Shown here one piece after another: positions 59,773-64,000 of a stretch of 64,000 nucleotides of DNA (position 1 is the first letter of the stretch; each line of letters begins with the position of its first letter). The notes below the pieces were generated by a model. It worked only from the letters and a program-made list of their open reading frames with translations, searched no databases and was not told the origin of the DNA. Made by a program: the position numbers and the translations under genes. Source of the stretch: Alphaproteobacteria bacterium (GTDB lineage: Bacteria; Pseudomonadota; Alphaproteobacteria; UBA828); NCBI GenBank assembly GCA_965214705.1, contig OZ243972.1, positions 3,680,001-3,744,000 of the forward strand, in the 5' to 3' direction.

Positions 59773-61932
59773 CCCAAGTTGGCACTTTTGTCCTACCCAT
59801 GTCCTTTATCGTGTTGATGTAACGCGATATTTCTCTCGGCCGGTTCCAACATGGCACTACATTTTGTTGGATTCTGTCAGTTCGGCAGGCGGGTCCTCGT
59901 GCGGTGGATGGCGGGTTCCACGCCCGCCGCCGAGGAGATTGCGGCAACCTCAGCGGCCGGGCGCGTGTCCTGTCGATTGACGATCAAGGTGCCGTCGGTC
60001 TGGCGCAGGCGCGTGGTGATCCGCACCCAGGTCCGCATGCTCTCGCGGATCGATGCCCAGCACTTGTGGATGTCCCGCGCGGCCAGCCGGGAACGGATCA
60101 GATGCACGGCGTGGTAGGCCAGCACGGCGATCAGCAGGTGGGCCGCGATGCGCCGGTCGAGCTGGTGCCAGATCGGGCGAAGGCCGAGTTCGGATTTCAG
60201 GCTTCGGAATGTCGCCTCGATATCCGTGATCCGCCAGTACGTCCGCAGGACCGTCTCGATATCCCAGTCGACGTGGCTGGTGCGCAGCACATAGGCGCCC
60301 GCGCCCTCATCGGCCTCGTCGTATCGCGGCCTGCGCTTGAAGCGCACGGCGGTGGCATTGGGGCCGGTGTCCGCCTTCTCGACCGTGATCTCGTAGTGCC
60401 TGGCGACGGCGGAGAAGCGCTGCTTGAGGCGGCCTATGCTCTCCAGCACCTTGTCGTAGCGCTTGAGGCGGCCCTTGACCGCAAGGCCGCCGTGGAGCCT
60501 TTGCAGCGCCGCCTCGAAGCGGTTCCGCCTCAGGCCGATGATCGCGTTCTCGGCCTTCTTCTTGCCCTCGCTGACGACGTAGAGCCGCGCCTCGCCGTCC
60601 TCGCTGGCAAGCCGCCAGGCCCGCACCTCGTGGCGCGCGCTGGTGATCAGCAGGGCCTCGGGTCCGCCCTCGGGCGGCGCAGGCCTGGCACCGCGGCTGA
60701 CCGCGATCCAGTCGTAGCCCTGCTCGCCCAGCCAGACGATGTTCTCCTCGGTGGCGATGCCCGCGTCCATGACCACCGTGGGCTTCGCCGCCGTGCCGCC
60801 GCATACCGCCTCGAGCCGGGCCAGCGCCTCGTGCAGCGTGCCCGGCTCGCTCACGTTGCCGGGCAGGATCTCGCAACTGCGCGGGAAGCCCGCACCGTCG
60901 AGCGCCAGCGCCAGCGTGATGAGGGGACAGTCGTCGCGCTTCTGCTTGGAGCGCCCGAACCTGGGAAGCTCGCCGTCGGTGTGGCCGTGGTAGTGGACGT
61001 TGGTGAGATCGTAGAAGGCGATCGTCTCGGGCAGGTCGAGCAGCGCGCGCTCACGGTTGAACAGTTCCCTCTGGATGGCGGCCCGGTGGCGCCAGAGCAG
61101 GTCGCCGATGCGGTAGAGCGTCTTGCGCCGCAGCGCCTTGCGGTCGCCCTCCAGGCCCAGGAGCTCGGCGGCCGCGCTGTCGTGGCGGAGCCAGCGGCTG
61201 GTATCACGCTCGCTGGCGGGATGGACCATCCTGGCGACGATCAGCGCGCTGGCGATGCGTCCGTCGCGGCCCTTGATGTCGAGGCCGTGGAGGATTTCGG
61301 CGAAGCCAAGGTCGTCGAGGGCCTTGAGGCACAGGCGCTCGCAGCCGACGGTGCGCGGGTTCTCATGCTCCAGGGTATCGAGGTCGACGGTGGCGATCTC
61401 GGGCTTGCGCGCCTCTTCCTGCATCGCCTCGGCACGGAACCCCCTGGCCCTGAGCTTGGCGACGATGTCCTCGGCTGCGGCCTGCACGTCCGGGACGGCT
61501 TGGAGCAGCGGCGGGCGGCCGTGCAGCAGCGCCTCGGCGAGTTCGGCCACTTCGCGCCATTTCTCCTTCGGCACCGGATAGTCGGTGCCGAGGTTGAGGA
61601 GCGTGCGCTGCCTGACCTTGTCGCCGATGCGCTGGGAGAGCACGAGGCGATGGCTTCGGACGGGCTTGCCGTCGGTGGTGTGGGTCTTGGTTGCCCTGAT
61701 GAACATGTCGCCCGTCGCGAGATTGTTGCGAGGGGCCAAGATTTGTCGGCTTGGGGTCTGGGGTCAAGGGAAAATCGTCAATACCTAACAACTCCTGGCA
61801 CTACAACGCGCTTCCAGCGCCTCAATTACACATATAGTGGCATCATCTCGGAGCTACCCCAATATGTGGTACTTCGGTCCGCAAAATATGGGCAGACCGG
61901 CATTGAGCAACCGGAAAAAGTGCCAACTTGGG
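59773..61932 (-). mobile_element. IS1634-family element
   Basis: 17-bp IR CCCAAGTTGGCACTTTT; TSD TAGA at 59769-72 and 61933-36. Confidence 0.92.
59877..61706 (-). CDS. IS1634-family transposase
   Basis: FYDLTN, GRSKQKRDD, VMDAGI, YVLRT, IEATFRSLKSELGLRPIWHQ. Confidence 0.9.
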   Translation of the reverse strand: MFIRATKTHTTDGKPVRSHRLVLSQRIGDKVRQRTLLNLGTDYPVPKEKWREVAELAEALLHGRPPLLQAVPDVQAAAEDIVAKLRARGFRAEAMQEEARKPEIATVDLDTLEHENPRTVGCERLCLKALDDLGFAEILHGLDIKGRDGRIASALIVARMVHPASERDTSRWLRHDSAAAELLGLEGDRKALRRKTLYRIGDLLWRHRAAIQRELFNRERALLDLPETIAFYDLTNVHYHGHTDGELPRFGRSKQKRDDCPLITLALALDGAGFPRSCEILPGNVSEPGTLHEALARLEAVCGGTAAKPTVVMDAGIATEENIVWLGEQGYDWIAVSRGARPAPPEGGPEALLITSARHEVRAWRLASEDGEARLYVVSEGKKKAENAIIGLRRNRFEAALQRLHGGLAVKGRLKRYDKVLESIGRLKQRFSAVARHYEITVEKADTGPNATAVRFKRRPRYDEADEGAGAYVLRTSHVDWDIETVLRTYWRITDIEATFRSLKSELGLRPIWHQLDRRIAAHLLIAVLAYHAVHLIRSRLAARDIHKCWASIRESMRTWVRITTRLRQTDGTLIVNRQDTRPAAEVAAISSAAGVEPAIHRTRTRLPN

Positions 61933-62196
61933 TAGAGAAGCGCCGCGCGCTCACGCCCACCGGTTACAGCCTGCTTCGCATCGGCGAGCAATCGGGGCAG
62001 CTTGCCGAGATGCTGAGGGCGCTCGCGACGCTCTATGACGAGAACAGCCGCCGGCGCATGAAGCGGTTCCTCACCCTGATCGAACCGCTGGCCGTCGTGC
62101 TGGTCGGTGGATTCCTCGGTGTCATCATGATCGGAATCATTCTTGCGATCACCAGTGTCAACGATATCGCGTTTTGACCGGACGGAGAGATCCGCG

Positions 62197-62739
62197 ATGC
62201 CCGGCACAGAACCGCAGTCAACGCGCAAGCGGGGGACCCGGAAAGCAACGCCGCGCCGGCCGCGCCCGGGCAAGGGACGCCGGGCATCCAAGGCGGCGGT
62301 CGCAGGTTCCCCCAATGCAGGATTCACCCTCATCGAGCTCATGGTGGTTCTCGTCATACTCGGCCTGCTGGCGGGGCTGGTCGGACCACAACTCTTCGGC
62401 AGGATCGACACGTCGAAGGTGAAGACGGCCGAGACTCAAGTCAAAATGCTGCGTGGCGCCCTGCAGGCGTTTCGCCTGGACGTGGGCAGATATCCCACCA
62501 CTGCGGAAGGGCTCGCCGCCCTGGTCCGCCCCCCGCCGGAGGCCACAGACTTCTGGAGCGGACCCTATCTCGACGGCGAGGTGCCGGAAGACCCGTGGAA
62601 CGCGCCCTATCGATACCTTTATCCGGCAGACAACCTTCAGGGCTTCGCTCTCTATTCGCTCGGCGCCGACTCGCAGGATGGTGGAGACGGCACCGATGCC
62701 GATGTCGGCTACCTTCCGACAGAGCCGCAGTCGCGCTAG
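62197..62739 (+). CDS. gspG: T2SS major pseudopilin
   Basis: GFTLIELMVV, RLDVGRYPTT.EGL, W.GPYL, DPW..PY.Y, SLGAD. Confidence 0.95.
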   Translation: MPGTEPQSTRKRGTRKATPRRPRPGKGRRASKAAVAGSPNAGFTLIELMVVLVILGLLAGLVGPQLFGRIDTSKVKTAETQVKMLRGALQAFRLDVGRYPTTAEGLAALVRPPPEATDFWSGPYLDGEVPEDPWNAPYRYLYPADNLQGFALYSLGADSQDGGDGTDADVGYLPTEPQSR

Positions 62740-63401
62740 TGACCCGTTCGAGACGTTTCTATCCGTTTGCGCCGCACTCCACACGTCATGACCGGACTTG
62801 TCCCGGCCACCCGCGGGTTATTTTTGCGGTCGGTACAAAGAACGTGGATGCCCGGATACCCGGAACGGGTCCGGGCATGTTCGGGCATGACGGTGGTGAT
62901 GCGGCGGAGACTGCGCACGACCGCCACCGCTCCGGCCGATCGAGCCGCACTCGTGCAGCGGGCGGCTTCACGTTGATAGAGATGCTGTTCGTCCTGTTTC
63001 TCGTGGCGATGATCACCGCGCTGGTGGCGCCCAATACGGAGCGCCTTTACGCAAGCATCGCAGGCAAGACGGACCGCGAATACATCCTGGACCAGTTCGC
63101 GAGCCTCGGCCGAATAGCCCTACGTCACGGTCAGGCCTATGTGGTCTCTCCCCCCGCACCCGATGGGCCGGAGGCGGCCGCAGCCTCATCGGCAGCGCGC
63201 GCCGCCCCGCCGTTCCACGCGGATACCAAGCCCTATGTCATCGACCTGCCGGAGGGTTGGACCATCGACCTTGACCGGCCCCTCGTGATCGGTGCGAACG
63301 GTGTCTGCTTCGGGGCCGAGGTCACCCTGCTTCACGAAGGCAGGATCGAAGCGCGTCTCGCTCTCGAAGCGCCCTACTGCCACGTCGCGGCGCATGCCTA
63401 G
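62739..63401 (+). CDS. Minor pseudopilin (GspH-like) with extended leader
   Basis: GFTLIEMLFVL; in-frame GTG overlaps gspG TAG (alternative ATG at 62877). Confidence 0.75.
   Translation: MTRSRRFYPFAPHSTRHDRTCPGHPRVIFAVGTKNVDARIPGTGPGMFGHDGGDAAETAHDRHRSGRSSRTRAAGGFTLIEMLFVLFLVAMITALVAPNTERLYASIAGKTDREYILDQFASLGRIALRHGQAYVVSPPAPDGPEAAAASSAARAAPPFHADTKPYVIDLPEGWTIDLDRPLVIGANGVCFGAEVTLLHEGRIEARLALEAPYCHVAAHA
62784..62892. repeat. Second REP/RIME-like palindromic element, inside the gspH 5' region
   Basis: CGTCATGACCGGACTTGTCCCGGCCACCCGCG ... GTGGATGCCCGG ... GGGCATGACG, homologous to 1463-1552. Confidence 0.85.
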
Positions 63402-63828
63402 CCAGCCTTCCTCGGCAGGGTCACTGTCTGCAGGCTTCTCGATCCTGGAGACCATGGTTGCGATGGTGATCTTCGCCGGCGCCGCAACGGCGCTCTACGG
63501 CCTCTTCAACACCAACCTGATCGCGCTGGGACGCGCTCACGACGCGTCGCGACAGATGTCGGCGGCCCATCATGCGGTCGAATACCTCGCCGGCATCAAT
63601 CCGCATGAGGAGCGCGCGGGGCAGATAAGCGTGGATGGGATCGACATCGTCTGGTCCGCGACGCTGCTGGAGCCGGTGCGCCAGAGCCAGACCGTGACCG
63701 CAGAGCGCGGGTACTTCGAGGTTGGCCTCTACGAGATCTTGTTCGAGCCGCGTGAAGACGGACGGTCGCTGGGCACCTGGCGATTGCGGGTCCCCGGTTA
63801 CAGGAAAGTGCGGGAGCCGGTGCCGTGA
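63394..63828 (+). CDS. Minor pseudopilin (GspI-like)
   Basis: GFSILETMVAMVIF. Confidence 0.8.
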   Translation: MPSQPSSAGSLSAGFSILETMVAMVIFAGAATALYGLFNTNLIALGRAHDASRQMSAAHHAVEYLAGINPHEERAGQISVDGIDIVWSATLLEPVRQSQTVTAERGYFEVGLYEILFEPREDGRSLGTWRLRVPGYRKVREPVP

Positions 63829-64000
63829 CGCGTCGCCGCCGAAGGAGGACAACCCAGGCTGCGCCCCGGGGGCTGACCATGGTGGAAATGCTCGTCGTCC
63901 TGGTTCTGGTCTCGCTCCTGGGCACTCTCGTGATCCAAGGTACGGGTTTCTTCCTCGGCCAGTTCGCAACGGTGAAGCGCGTTCACCGCGAGGCGGCCCA
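63825..64000 (+). CDS. Minor pseudopilin (GspJ-like), truncated by window edge
   Basis: GTG overlapping the previous stop; RGLTMVEMLVVLVLVSLL. Confidence 0.75.
   Translation, partial: MTRRRRRRTTQAAPRGLTMVEMLVVLVLVSLLGTLVIQGTGFFLGQFATVKRVHREAA

Larger units (their letters stand above)
58817..62177 (+). pseudogene. gspF: T2SS inner-membrane platform protein interrupted by IS1634
   Basis: ELATLLESG, AGELNG, ALLYP; 58817-59772 joins 61937-62177 in frame (AALEKRR..IGEQSG..LIEP). Confidence 0.93.

Noticed and set aside
1-64000. CRISPR array, tRNA, rRNA, riboswitch
   Set aside because: No regularly spaced repeats or RNA signatures recognised by eye; covariance-model searches were not run
51735-64000. 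Type IV pilus or MSHA system
   Set aside because: Major pilin has GspG signatures and no PilT or PilMNOP is seen; T2SS fits better

Overview
High-GC alphaproteobacterial (Rhodospirillales-like, inferred from gene content and order) chromosomal segment in two parts. (1) About 1-43.6 kb is a metabolic and housekeeping backbone: glnE, ispG, ctaA, a Liv-type ABC transporter, the ribF-ileS-lspA-DUF3035-pgi-mutL run, tandem-duplicated solute-binding proteins and HpcH aldolases, a three-subunit hydantoinase/acetone-carboxylase-like enzyme, cytochrome c', a frameshifted PhyH dioxygenase and a BKACE. Several toxin-antitoxin modules or remnants are interspersed. (2) About 43.7-64 kb is a decaying island, visibly less GC-rich by eye. 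It starts with a broken tyrosine integrase fused to a DUF1501 fragment. It carries a flavinylation/thiol-redox module (TlpA, DUF4266, DUF3570 barrel with SGAS/SGAT motifs, ApbE) divergent from a type II secretion operon (gspC-like, D, O, E, F, G, H, I, J). Four IS insertions were mapped with their target duplications: two identical ISKra4-family copies, an IS nested in the end of one of them, and an IS1634. Two of them split gspE and gspF. Best leads: the T2SS-coupled outer-membrane flavinylation module; a palindromic repeat in-frame inside the cleavable leader of a pseudopilin; a Doc toxin that apparently starts at ATC; and a GlnE whose adenylyltransferase DxD motif is mutated. Family calls come from motif recognition only; no searches were run. 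No tRNA, rRNA or CRISPR array was seen.
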